Source of the DNA: Octopus sinensis
Lineage: Eukaryota
NCBI RefSeq assembly: GCF_006345805.1
Contig: NC_042998.1
Span: 39,308,001-39,372,000 of the forward strand
DNA length: 64,000 bases
Reading direction: 5' to 3'
Of the stretch, positions 46,990 to 59,380 are shown piece by piece. The translations under genes and the position numbers were made by a program. Below the pieces are notes generated by a model. That model did no database searches and was not told the origin of the DNA. It worked only from the letters and a program-made list of their open reading frames with translations. Position 1 is the stretch's first letter. Each line of letters begins with the position of its first letter.

Positions 46990-47830
46990 CGACTTGAAAT
47001 AAATGGGATTTGCTCATACCTCTCTTTCTCTGTGTGCGTGTTTGTGTGTGTATCAGAAAGTTCCCAGACTAGTTCTGTAGCGCGCCAACAGCTGGCAGCA
47101 CACAGAGTGCAGTGAAAGCTAGCAATGAGTTTCGTAAAGCAGTGCACTGAGGGACATCGCTGTGTTTGCTTCGCAAATTGTGAAATTTGTGTTTTTGTGA
47201 TAACGTGTATGCTATAGTCTTCGAATTTTGTCATGGACAGGAAGTCAGAACAACGAACCAACGTTGAGCATACTTCAGTAAGCTTATGGCGACGAAGCGA
47301 TGGGTCGGACACAATGTTTCGAGTGGCATGGGTGCTTCAAAAGGCACGAGTCCCAGCTCAGTCAAGGGCATGCTCATGGTATTTTTTTTTTTGACAACTG
47401 CAATATTATGCTTCAAGAATTCTTCCTCCAGGGCCAGATCGTTAATCGAAAGTTCTACTGTGATGTTTTGAAGCATTTGGGGGAGGATATTCAGCGAAAG
47501 CGACCGGATCTGTAGAGCGCGAAGAATTCGATTCTTCTCGATGACAATGCACCCTGCCACCATGCTCTCCTCACTCAGGAGTTTCTCACCAAAAACATGG
47601 TGATCACTTCCGTACCCGCTCTATTCGACAGACTTGGCACCCGAGAAATTCCATCCCTTTCCCAAGAAGAAAATACTGTTTAACGGTAGCCGTTTTAATA
47701 CCGTTGTCGACATCCAGAGCGAATCACAGAAGGTTTTCAATTTGCTTACGGAAAATAATTTCCAGGCCGGATTCCAATATTGGCAGGGAAACTGGGACTA
47801 GTGTATTGGTATCCAAGGTGACTATTTCGA
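46990..47830 (+). mobile_element. Mariner element, internally deleted/degenerate
   Basis: MDRKSEQRTNV, VKGMLMVFF, QIVNRKFYCDVLKHL, RKRPDL and DDNAP-like remnants. Confidence 0.75.
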
Positions 47831-48049
47831 TGGAGATAATGTTGTGTGTGTGTGTGTGTGTAGTTATAGGGTATGGTGATGAAGAGGAAGTATGATAAAG
47901 GAAAGAAATGAAGAAACAAAAATAGGAGAGTGATAGAAATGAAATGAAAAAAAAGAAAAAACTACTCTCCTTTTTTTTCTTCTTTTTTCCTCTTCTTTTC
48001 CCCCCTTTAACAGACTTTCTTTCCATTGCCAGAACCCATGACCAAAAAA

Positions 48050-48456
48050 ATATATAGATGTGCGAATCCCATCAATTACAAGAGGTCCAGACATGACCAG
48101 AGAGTACAAAATAAACAGTTTAAGATCCTAGAATTTGCAATTCGCTATAATAACAGAATCGACATCAAAGAATTTGAAAGCAGTTAAGAAATATCAGGAC
48201 CTAGTCAAAGAACTGAGGAGAGTATGGAATACCAAGCCAACAATTCTTCCTCCAGAAATTGGTGCAATTGGTACAAAACCTAAAATGCAACCTAAAAAGA
48301 CTGAAAGAAATTGGAATTGAAACTTGCATTGGCAACCTGCAGAAAAGCACCATCCTATATTCTGCAAGAATCCAAAGGAAGAATCCCTGCTAACTAAATT
48401 AGCATATACTAGCTTAATAATAATAATAATAATAATGATAATAATAATAATAATAA
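48050..48456 (+). mobile_element. R4/Dong-like RLE C-terminal fragment ending in (TAA)n
   Basis: RPDM, KYQDLVKELRRVW, GAIG remnants; (TAA)n tail 48415-48456. Confidence 0.6.
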
Positions 48457-48749
48457 TCTCACATATTAAAACTGAAAATGTGTGTGTATTGGTATATCCT
48501 CGTTTTGCGCCAAAACGGCTCCACTGATTTTTCTTAAACTTCCCACACACATTGCTTATGTGTCTCAGGAGGTTTTAACTATAAATTGATTTCGAAAAAA
48601 AATGTTCGGGTAAACGGCGAAGGAACAACATTTGAGCGCGGTTGAACGGCGGGTGTAATTATTTTTAAGCTTCCAAGGGAAATAACCCATTCCCTCCTTC
48701 GTAAATTATTTGGTAAAAATGAAATTGAGTATGGTTTCACCGATACAAT

Positions 48750-50540
48750 ATACAACCTAGCGCTGATTGAGATTGAAAAGAAGACTTTAGCTTTAGGCGG
48801 TGACGTAATGACCACTTACGGGCTTCCCCCGCTGCAAAGCCTGCCTCAATTGATCTCCCTTCTGAGATTGTTCGGGAAACATCTTACAACATTACGGAAC
48901 TATCTACATATGTCCAAATCAATGAGGCACTCCTGCTACCTGACCAGAAGCACGCCTACGACACAATCGTTCAGCAAGTCCAGGGTCGTAAAGGTGGTGT
49001 TTTCTTCCTTAACACTCCTGGCGGGACAGGCAAAACATTCGTAACTAGATTCATTCTTGCAAAAGTAAGACTACAAAAGTGCATCACAATAGCTGTGGCA
49101 ACTTCGGGCTTAGCTGCTTCTCTGCTCCCTGGTGGCAGGACTGCACACTCTACGTTTAAGCTTCCCATTAACCTCGCAAGTACACCAACGCCTGTTTGCA
49201 ACATTTCAAAGACGTCGGACAACAAGCAATTGCTCGCACAATGCCGCCTGATAGTTTGGGATGAATGCACAATGGCTTACAAGGATGCCCTTGAGGCATT
49301 AGATAGAACTTTGCGAGACATAAAGGAAAGCCACGAACCGATGTGGGGTGTCACTGTCTTGCTATATGGGGACTTTAGACAAACCCTGCCAGTGATTCCG
49401 AAAGGCACAAGGGCGGATGAAGTAATGGCGTATCTTAAGTCTTCACCTCTATGGGGTCATGTTGTTACTTTAAAGTTAGAATCCAACATGAGAGCGCACC
49501 TCCATGAGGATCCACTGTCAGAAGATTTTTCAAGGGACATTCTCCTTCTTGGCAATGGTGAAGTTCTAGAACACGGAAATGAAGATGTTGACATAATAAA
49601 ATTTGCACAATAGCCAGTACTATCCAGAGTCTTCAGGACAAGGTCTTCCCAGGCCTAGAAGTCCACAACAGAGATCTAGATTGGCTTTGCCAAAAGAGCC
49701 ATTTTGGCTCCTAAAAACGTCGCGGTCAGGGCAATCAACAACAGCCTCTTACTGCGTTTGCCTGCGGACATAACAGTCTATAAGTCAGTAGACACCATTC
49801 CCAATCAAGATGAAGTAGTTGGATTATCCCACTGAATTTTTGAATTCCTTGGAGCCTTCAGGTGTACCTCCACATATTCTTACTCTTAAAGTAGGTAGCT
49901 CTGTTATGCTGATAAGGAATTTAAATCCACTGACGTTGTGCAACGGTACACGCCTTGTTATCACAAAATTACTTCCCAATGTCATTAAAGCAACGATTAT
50001 GACTGTCTGTGGTAAAGGTCAAGACGTCTTCACACCGCGAATTCCCCTTCTGCCTTCGACTGCTGACTTACTGTTCACATTCCGCAGAATGCAGTTTCCA
50101 ATTCGACTCTGTTACACCATGTCCATTAATAAGTCCCAGGTGCAGTAGCTGTCAGTCGGTGGACTTTACTTAGCCGAACCATGCTTTTCACACAGTCAAC
50201 TGTACGTTGGCTGCCCAAGAGTGGATTGTAGGAACAGTTTACATGCCTTCATCCCCCCAGGGGAAAACTAAAAATGTTGCTTATAAGGAAGTTTTGTAGA
50301 CTTGCCGTACTGGCGCCATATTTCAGTCCTACGTTATTGCTGTTATAATTTTTGTTGCTTTATTTTTTTCACTTGATTGTTGTCGTAATATTACACGTGC
50401 GGTTCCCTTAAAGAGTTACTTAGGTGTTAGTCTTGCCATAAAGCGTGAAAGGTGCTTAAGGGAGAGAGTGTTAATCGCTTTATTAGTTTCAAAGCCTTTT
50501 CGAATTAACGCACCCGGGCAATGCCGGGTACACCTGCTAG
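48750..50540 (+). mobile_element. Helitron helicase pseudogene with intact 3' terminus (third family)
   Basis: TPGGTGKT, ATSGLAASLLPGGRTAHS, WDECTM, GDFRQTLP, QFPIRLCYTMSINKSQ; hairpin ACCCGGGCAATGCCGGGT then CTAG at 50537-50540 followed by T. Confidence 0.85.
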
Positions 50541-53500
50541 TAATAAGAATAACAAACCTGAAAATAGAAATGCAAAGATACTATGGGATTTTATGATTCA
50601 GTACGACTATGAGATAGAGAATTGGAAGCCAGACATAGTTTTAATTGAGAAAGAAAACAAACTATGCTGGACCATAGCTACAGCATGCCCAGCTGACAAC
50701 AAGGTATGCGATAAGGAAGAAAGTGTAGGTAAAATGTATCCCAGTAGTTATAGGTGCATTAGGAACTATCCTTAAAGATTTGAACAGATGGATTGAAGAA
50801 ATAGGTGCAAACCCAGTTTAGTGCAGCTGCAGAAAACAGTGTTATTAGGGACAGCTAGGATACTTATATGGGTTCTTGGTATCTAAAGTTACTTGTTGTA
50901 GCTCGATGTCAGGTATTTTTCTTCTCTGACAGTCTAATAATAAAGTTGAAACGGAAGGGCTGATTCTCGCTGCACAAGATCAATGCCTAACTACAAATAA
51001 TTATAATAGCAAAATATTGAAAACAGGCCCCAATACCAAATGCAGAATGTGCAACCAGCACAATGAGACTGTTGGCCTAATCATCTCTGGCTGCTGAGTG
51101 CTTGCTAAATCTGAATATACGACCGAGTCAGCAGTTATATCCACTACACATATGCCAACATTACAACATTAAAACTGACAATAGGTGGTATAAACATTTG
51201 CCAAACAAGGTACAAGAGAACGACCAGGCCACAATCATCTGGGAGATGCCGATTCAAACAGTCAAAGAAATAAAAGTTAATCTGCTAGACATAATAATCG
51301 AGGATTGGGGGGAAAAACACCTGTTTACTGATAGACATTGCAGTCGCTTCTGATTAAAATGCCGTCCAAAAAGAAGTCGACAAAGACCCCGAATTTGAAA
51401 TATTCAAGCTTTGGAGCAGGAAGGTGAAAACACTACCAACAATAATTGGAGCATTGGGCATAATAAGCAAAACATATGAACAAAAACGTAGAAGCTATAG
51501 CTGGATCCTCAACACTATACACTATACCCCCCCACACACACACACACCAAAAGCCCTGCTAGGAACAGCCCATATCCTACGCAAGACCCTATCAATTTAA
51601 AACTAAACAAAAAAGAGAAAAAAAACTAACACAATATGATACAGAGAAGAGTCTGCGCACTCCCAACAACAGAAAAGAACACACAATGCTGCGCACACCG
51701 CAGCAACATGGAGGTGCAGCAAGTGATGTAGTAGAAATTTGCCTCAAACTACCAAATGTCGAACAATTATATAATGATGATGATCACTTGCACGCGACCA
51801 GAGAACACTATGTATATCACTCCTTAAAACCGTAAGCTGTTTTTCTTTCAAGCAGTTCGATATTCTTTTATAAATTCGATATATTTATATATTTAGATGG
51901 CCTCTCCTACCTATAAAGTTTCTGTTTTAGATGATTTAGCTTCTTCCTCGATTCCCAAAATACTATTTTCATCCTATCTCCTCGTAAAATAAACAATTCT
52001 GGCTTCGTTCTGTATTCTTTCTCTCTCCCCCTCCTCTTTCTCTCTCTCTCTCCTCTCCTCTTTCTCTCTCTCCCCTTCTCTTTTCTGTCTCTCTCTCTCT
52101 CTCTTTCTTTTCCGTTGATGGTGAAGAGAAGTCCATAAGTGGAAATAGTAAGAGAATGCATAACGTTTGGATGGAGATGTAAGGCTTAGATATTACGGAA
52201 CAGAGACTGCGTGATCAGGCAAGGATAATAAGGAAAACCGGATGGTTGGCAGCATTAGAGCGTGATCAGATGAAGAGAATGACGATTGAAAGCATAGTGA
52301 GTGAAGACAAAGAGGTTACAGTAACTCTTGTACTCCATCCGGACCTACCCAACGACGAGAGAATCAAGGAAGTTGAAGTGGACAGATTCAAGCATTTGGA
52401 TGTTTTGGATTATGACAAAATCAAAGAGAGGAGATAAAAGAAAGCCTTATGCAAGAATACTACAGAATGATCAAATTAATTATGTAGAGTAGACTGAATG
52501 GAAAGAAGAAGATCAGGAGACAATGAATGTATGGACTGCCTCTTTAATGCAATATGGCGCCGGTGTTGTTAGATTGACAAAGAACAAGTTTGAGGAAATG
52601 GCTAGGAAAACCAGGGAAGTGATGACAGTGAACAAAGAACTGCACCTCAAAAGTGATGTCGATATACTGTATGTCTATGTCATGGTGACCAAACTGTAAA
52701 CAAAGGTTCCAAACTGGAAATATCTAGACCCGGATTTCACTACAATCACCATAAAAACTACGATCACCACAATCAGTTTCTTAAAAAAACTGAATCTACA
52801 TGACGGAACAGTTTGAGGATAGAAACCAGGTCTAAACACAATAGCTTATAGACATACTCTGTATGTCTAGAAACAGCAGAAGAAGAGATCTCATAGGCTG
52901 TGTTGCTAGTGAGGAAAACAATCTGTGATGGTACATCAAGCAACCGATCGAAACTTTGGTTGTTGCTGTTAGAAATAGCAACACAATACCTTGTGGAAAA
53001 TGTGACACACTGAGAAGAAATTTAGAAAAAAAGACGGAGAGCAAACATTGCACAAATGGAAAGTGAAAGCGATGCATGGGTAATACCTCAGAAAAAAAAA
53101 AGAAGGGAAAACAAGACCAACGCCGGGAGATGGTTAAAGAAAAGTGATATGAAAGGATACACTAAGGCACTGGTATGCAGAGCTCAGAAATCACCTCATT
53201 GTAGGATGTGTGGCATCAAAAATGAAAGTCTCAAATATTGTGAATGAATGAGTGTAGCAAACTGGCTCAAAAGGAATACGAAAGAAGGAATGATAACGTA
53301 GCTAAGTATGTTTATTGGAGAATGTGTGAGAAGTGTGGTCTTGAAAGGGCATTGAAATGGTAGGAGCATAAAGGATAAGGTGTCATCAAGAATGATGAGT
53401 AGAAGATCTCGTGGGATTTTATAATCCAGTGTAATTCAGTGATTGATGCTCTGAGATTAGGCATTATTACAGTTAATAAAATGATGAAACAAACCAAAAT

Positions 53501-53760
53501 CATAGACATTGCTATGCCTTTGGATGGACGAGTAGTTGATAAAGAACTGGGGAAAAATTGAAAAGTACGAACCACTAAAAGAAGATATTGCAAGAATGTG
53601 GGCAATGGAAAAAGTAAATGCCATCGCTGTAGTTGTAGGGGCATTGCGAATATTAACAACGGAGTTTGAGAAATTGGGATTGACATGAGGGTAGAACACG
53701 CTCCGAAAACTGTTTTGTTGGGAACAGTGAGGATTTTGAGGCTGGTGTTTGGGTGTTAAG
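50541..53760 (+). mobile_element. Cluster of degenerate R4/Dong-like RLE LINE fragments
   Basis: ILWDFMIQ...WKPDIVL, CRMCNQ/CRMCG zinc-knuckle remnants, LHLKSDVDILY, repeated C-terminal LLGTARIL-like motifs. Confidence 0.6.
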
Positions 53761-54420
53761 TATCGAGGAAACAGAGGTAATCCGCTCTATGGTTACCTCG
53801 AGGATTGTGCGCTCACAGAAATCGTAAAGTTTGAGCACAAATATCAGGATACGGTGTGTAATTTCGATCTTACATAGGGAAAGTGCATTTAACGAGGAGC
53901 TAGTAATATTGGTGAATTCAGATGACAATACGGTCATTCAGCCAACTCCATTAAAATTGACTGCAAAGAATATTGTTAAATAACACCTAAATAAGTTATA
54001 CAAAGAGGTGATGCCCCATAAATATCAAACGACTCGAGCAGATGTTAATGGTGATGAACTACAAAATAGAAGATAGTAAGCCTCATTCTCCCAGGAATTA
54101 TCATTCAACCCCCCACCCCACCCTTCACACAGTCGTTTTTTGTTGTTGTTTTTTGTTGTTAGACCGTTCTCTGTTACGATATTATGATTCTTATTTATTC
54201 CCCAGCGTTTTACGCTTCAATTTTTTTAAACATCTATATTGTACTGTGCGTGCTTAAAATTCGTTATTTATATGAAGAAAAGTGGTCATTTTGCTTAGTT
54301 TTATTTATCATTATTAATTTTTTTTTAAATATCCGTCGGAACTCATCTCACTTCCTCGTCACAGAATTTCGCGCTGAGCCTAGAATTAGATACGCGTTAC
54401 AGCGTTAACGCAAGGGTTCC

Positions 54421-54464
<44 letters not shown>

Positions 54465-54467
54465 GTA

Positions 54468-54517
<50 letters not shown>

Positions 54518-54740
54518 AATATATATATATATAATGATAAATATCAAAGTGAGGATATACAGTAGCGTTAACACATCGTGACGTATTTTTGCCATTTCAA
54601 TATGGCTAACCCCTAAGGGTGGATGCTACTGTAGTTTTTAGCCCCAGGAGGACCAACTCCTCCAGCTGGCCATAGACACACTTTCTGTGTCCTGTCAGTA
54701 TTGCAAAGGGAAGTCATCCTTCCCGTCTTCAATTATGATA

Positions 54741-54786
54741 CACACGGACTCGAGTTTCGAGGTATTGACCTCTCGTCACGTGTGTG
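54741..54786 (-). ncRNA. Hammerhead copy lacking core C3 (mutation or sequencing error)
   Basis: Reads CACACACG-TGACGA; remainder intact. Confidence 0.7.
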
Positions 54787-55091
54787 ACAATCATAGTTGT
54801 CGGCGAGAATTAGATTTCCTTCACAAATACTATTACTTTTCCAGCGTCCACTGTCGCTGATATTGAAAAAGTGAAATCAAACAATGATAAATATCAAAGT
54901 GAGTTATATACAGTAGCGTTAACACATCGTGACGTATTTTTGCCATTTCAATATGGCTAACCCCTAAGGGTGGATGCTACTGTAGTTTTTAGCCCCAGGA
55001 GGACACACTCCTCCAGCTGGCCATAGACACACTTCTGTGTCCTGTCAGTATTTGCAAAGGGAAGTCATCCTTCCCGTCTTAACTTATGATA

Positions 55092-55136
55092 CACACGGAC
55101 TCGAGTTTCGAGGTATTGACCTCTCGTCAGCGTGTG
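55092..55136 (-). ncRNA. Type I hammerhead ribozyme (intact)
   Basis: Exact reverse complement of the 45-nt motif. Confidence 0.92.
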
Positions 55137-55442
55137 ACAATCATAGTGTCGGCGAGAGAGAATAGATTTCCTTCACAAATACTTATACTTTTTCCAGCGT
55201 CCACTGTCGCTGATTGAAAAAGTGAAATCAAACAATGATAAATATCAAAGTGAGTTATATACAGTAGCGAACAAATCGTTGACGTATTTTTGCCATTCAA
55301 TATGGCTAACCCCTAAGGGTGGATGCTACTGTAGTTTTTAGCCCCAGGAGGACACACTCCTCCAGCTGGCCATAGACACACTTTCTGTGTCCTGTCAGTA
55401 TTTGCAAAGGGAAGTCATCATTCCCGTCTTCAACTTATGATA

Positions 55443-55487
55443 CACACGGACTCGAGTTTCGAGGTATTGACCTCTCGTCAGCGTGTG
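55443..55487 (-). ncRNA. Type I hammerhead ribozyme (intact)
   Basis: Exact reverse complement of the 45-nt motif. Confidence 0.92.
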
Positions 55488-55691
55488 ACAATCATAGTTG
55501 TCGGCGAGAATTAGATTTCCTCACAAATACTTATACTTTTTCCAACGTCACGATTGTTAACGCTACTGTATATAACTCACTTTGATATTTATCATTGTTG
55601 ATTTCACTTTTTCAATATCAGCGACAGTGGACGCTGGAAAAAGTATAAGTATTTGTGAAGGAATCTAATTCTCGCCGACAACTATGATTGT

Positions 55692-55736
55692 CACACGCTG
55701 ACGAGAGGTCAATACCTCGAAACTCGAGTCCGTGTG
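55692..55736 (+). ncRNA. Type I hammerhead ribozyme (intact)
   Basis: CACACG-CTGACGA-GAGGT caat ACCTC-GAAA-CTCGAG-TC-CGTGTG; predicted cleavage after C55730 (GUC). Confidence 0.92.
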
Positions 55737-55946
55737 TATCATAAGTTGAAGACGGAAGGATGACTTCCCTTTGCAAATACTGACAGGACACAGAAAGTGT
55801 GTCTATGGCCAGCTGGAGGAGTGTGTCCTCCTGGGGCTAAAAACTACAGTAGCATCCACCCTTAGAGGGGTTAGCCATATTGAAATGGCAAAAATACGTC
55901 ACTATATATTATATATATATATATATTATATATATATATATCATAT

Positions 55947-56037
<91 letters not shown>

Positions 56038-56308
56038 TATATATATATATATATATCTTATTATATATAATATATATATATATATATATATTATATAGAT
56101 GATAAATATCAAAGTGAGTTATATACAGTAGCGTTAACACATCGTGACGTATTTTTGCCATTTCAATATGGCTAACCCCAAGGGTGGATGCTACTGTAGT
56201 TTTTAGCCCCAAGGAGGACACACTCCTCCAGCTGGCCATAGACACACTTTCTGTGTCCTGTCAGTATTTGCAAAGGGAAGTCATCCTTCCCGTCTTCAAC
56301 TTATGATA

Positions 56309-56353
56309 CACACGGACTCGAGTTTCGAGGTATTGACCTCTCGTCAGCGTGTG
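56309..56353 (-). ncRNA. Type I hammerhead ribozyme (intact)
   Basis: Exact reverse complement of the 45-nt motif. Confidence 0.92.
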
Positions 56354-56659
56354 ACAATCATAGTTGTCGGCGAGAATTAGATTTCCTTCACAAATACTTA
56401 TACTTTTTCCAGCGTCCACTGTCGCTGATATTGAAAAAGTGAAATCAAACAATGATAAATATCAAAGTGAGTTATATACAGTAGCGTTAACACATCGTGA
56501 CGTATTTTTGCCATTTCAATATGGCTAACCCCTAAGGTGGATGCTACTGTAGTTTTTAGCCCCAGGAGGACACACTCCTCCAGCTGGCCATAGACACACT
56601 TTCTGTGTCCTGTCAGTATTTGCAAAGGGAAGTCATCCTTCCCGTCTTCAACTATGATA

Positions 56660-56705
56660 CACACGGACTCGAGTTCGAGGTATTGACCTCTCTCGTCAGC
56701 GTGTG
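56660..56705 (-). ncRNA. Hammerhead copy with indels (GAAA to GAA, 2-nt insertion)
   Basis: Plus strand reads GAGTTCGAGG and ACCTCTCTCGTCAG. Confidence 0.7.
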
Positions 56706-56913
56706 ACAATCATAGTTGTCGGCGAGAATTAGATTTCCTTCTTACAAATACTTATACTTTTTCCAACGTCACGATGTGTTAACGCTACTGTATATAACTC
56801 ACTTTGATATTTATCATTGTTTGATTCACTTTTTCAATATCACGACAGTGGACGCTGGAAAAAGTATAGTATTTGTGTGAAGGAATCTAATTCTCGCCGA
56901 CAACTATGATTGT

Positions 56914-56958
56914 CACACGCTGACGAGAGGTCAATACCTCGAAACTCGAGTCCGTGTG
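56914..56958 (+). ncRNA. Type I hammerhead ribozyme (intact)
   Basis: Identical motif; predicted cleavage after C56952. Confidence 0.92.
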
Positions 56959-57119
56959 TATCATAAGTTGAAGACGGGAAGGATGACTTCCCTTTGCAAA
57001 TACTGACAGGACACAGAAAGTGTGTCTATGGCCAGCTGGAGGAGTGTGTCCTCCTGGGGCTAAAAACTACAGTAGCATCCACCCTTAGGGGTTAGCCATA
57101 TTGAAATGGCAAAAATACG

Positions 57120-57174
<55 letters not shown>

Positions 57175-57196
57175 TATATATATATATACATATATA

Positions 57197-57261
<65 letters not shown>

Positions 57262-57266
57262 GTATA

Positions 57267-57375
<109 letters not shown>

Positions 57376-57393
57376 ATAATATTATATATATAT

Positions 57394-57435
<42 letters not shown>

Positions 57436-57437
<2 letters not shown>

Positions 57438-57770
57438 CGCATGGCTCAGTGGTTAGAGCGTCGAGCTTACGATCGTGAGGTTGTTAGCACGAATCCCGGA
57501 CCGGGCTGCGTTTTGTGTTCTTGAGCAAAGCACTTTATTTCACGTTGCTCCAGTTCACTCAGCTGTAGAAATGAGTTGCGACGTCACTGGTGCCAAGCTG
57601 TATCGACCTTTGTCTTTCCCTTGAATAACACTAGTGGCGTGGAGAGGGGAGGCTGGTATGCATGGGCGACTGCTGGTCTTCCATAAACAACCTTGCCTGG
57701 ACTTGTGTCTAGGAGGGTAACTTTCTAGGTGCAATCCCATGGTCATTCATGACCGAAGGGGGTCTTTACC
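57436..57770 (+). mobile_element. tRNA-derived SINE with conserved central-domain-like sequence
   Basis: GGCGCATGGCTCAGTGGTTAGAGCG head, B-box-like CACGAATCCC, then GTGTTCTTGAGCAAAGCACTTTATTTCACGTTGCTCC. Confidence 0.8.
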
Positions 57771-58364
57771 TTTTTATATATATATATATATGAAAAAACA
57801 AGTCAAGATAGAAAATGCTAAAATAATTTTATAAAGAACATTTCAGTACCGGTTTCAGTCATTTTGAGACCTTTTCAACTGTAACGATTAAATAATTGAA
57901 TTTAGAAAAATTAAAAGAAAAGTTTTTTTTAAAGAATATTTGTATAGTGTTCAAATATAAGTGGCATTTTCCTTGTTTCTGCCTTTCTCTGTCTCTCTTG
58001 TTTGCACTATATATATACACACACACATACATACACACACACACACACATATATATATATGCAGGCGTATACATATATACGCTCTCGCACACACACACAC
58101 TCCCACACACAGGAACACGAGTGGTGGTCCAAGTGTTTTTGAGCCAGACGTACTTAATGACAACAAGATAATACTGTTGATTTATTTATATTTTTATCTT
58201 TTGAGGAACATTTTGAATATCAACAAAGTCACGTTATCTTCAGTACACTTTTTTCTATTGCTTTATGCTGTTCTTCAATGCTTTTAAGTTGCCTGACTCA
58301 GCCAACCACTCTTCCTATAATCGAGTGCAATTCATCGTAGGACAATTCTGTCTGTACGCGCGCG

Positions 58365-58470
<106 letters not shown>

Positions 58471-59380
58471 CGCATGTGTGTCAACAAGTTATTGAAAGAC
58501 AAAATTCTGCTAATTGTAATAATCGCAAAAGCCACACAAAAGCTGCATTAGGGAAAAGGGTGGCACAAACTGAAGTCTACTTTGTGGTGTACAAAGCTAT
58601 CTAGAGAATGAAAGTTAGAAGAGTCTATAAAAAAAGGTTCTGAAAAGGTTTATATCAAGTGAAATGAATTGTATAATAAAGGGTTTACAATTTAAGGCTG
58701 TGGCTTATTTGAGTTAAGTTTGCGTTTCTCTTAGCTACAAAAAGAATTTGGACTCATTAAAGATTAAGCAACTCTGAAAAGATATTCTGAAATGCTTATA
58801 AAATTTGCTAAGATACAACAAATTAGGTTTGATTTCGGATGTGTAAGCCCCTATGTAGTTAATTCCATATTGGAAACTTTATGATAGTTTTCCGTTCAGT
58901 CGGTTGGATAGAAAGGTGTATGGTTTTTTGGTACATTCGTCCGCTTCGTGGCTGTTGGCCCTATACCACAGATTCCAGAATTTCTTTTTATGCGATTCAT
59001 TATGAGGGATAGAGTTCTCAGAACAGAACATTCTGTAATAGAAGACTTGCCACCAGGTGAGATCGCGTTTATTTCTTTTCCATCACGTATAAGAAGTTGA
59101 ATTTCCATTTATTTTTTTCGTTAAAGGACCTGAAAAAGAGTGTGAGAGACAGAGACACTATGTTTGGATTTAGTTTCGCCTCCTCGGTGACAAGCACCCT
59201 TCGGTCGTTCGTAGCTTGGCTAGAACTTCTGTTCCCCCATAGAAGTCGATAAACAAAACATTTACCGATCTTTACAGAAAATAGCCAGGATTATGTCAAA
59301 CCTGATGTACGCACATGAAACAGCATAAGATTTTTTTTTTAAATCGCACTCAAAATTTCTGAAGTTATGTTTTACGTTTG

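Larger units (their letters stand above)
54533..57123. mobile_element. Non-LTR retrozyme-like array: 7 copies of a ~350-bp hammerhead-containing unit, tandem and inverted, within (TA)n
   Basis: Copies 54533-54882, 54883-55233, 55234-55544 (partial), inverted 55545-55902, (TA)n, 56099-56450, 56451-56765 (partial), inverted 56766-57123. Hammerhead spacing in the tandem copies is 351 nt. Confidence 0.85.

Noticed and set aside
54533-57123. CRISPR array or protein-coding repeats (ORFs 55771, 55946, 56261, 56398)
   Set aside because: Units are near-identical with no unique spacers and no cas genes, and the DNA is eukaryotic. The ORFs are short, differ between copies through indels and have no recognisable domain.
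57436-57510. Functional tRNA genes (also 24940-25010, 35985-36045)
   Set aside because: Only A/B-box heads with no complete cloverleaf, each followed by SINE body sequence.
58896-59108. 70-aa ORF in unique-looking sequence
   Set aside because: No recognisable motif, splice context or codon evidence.
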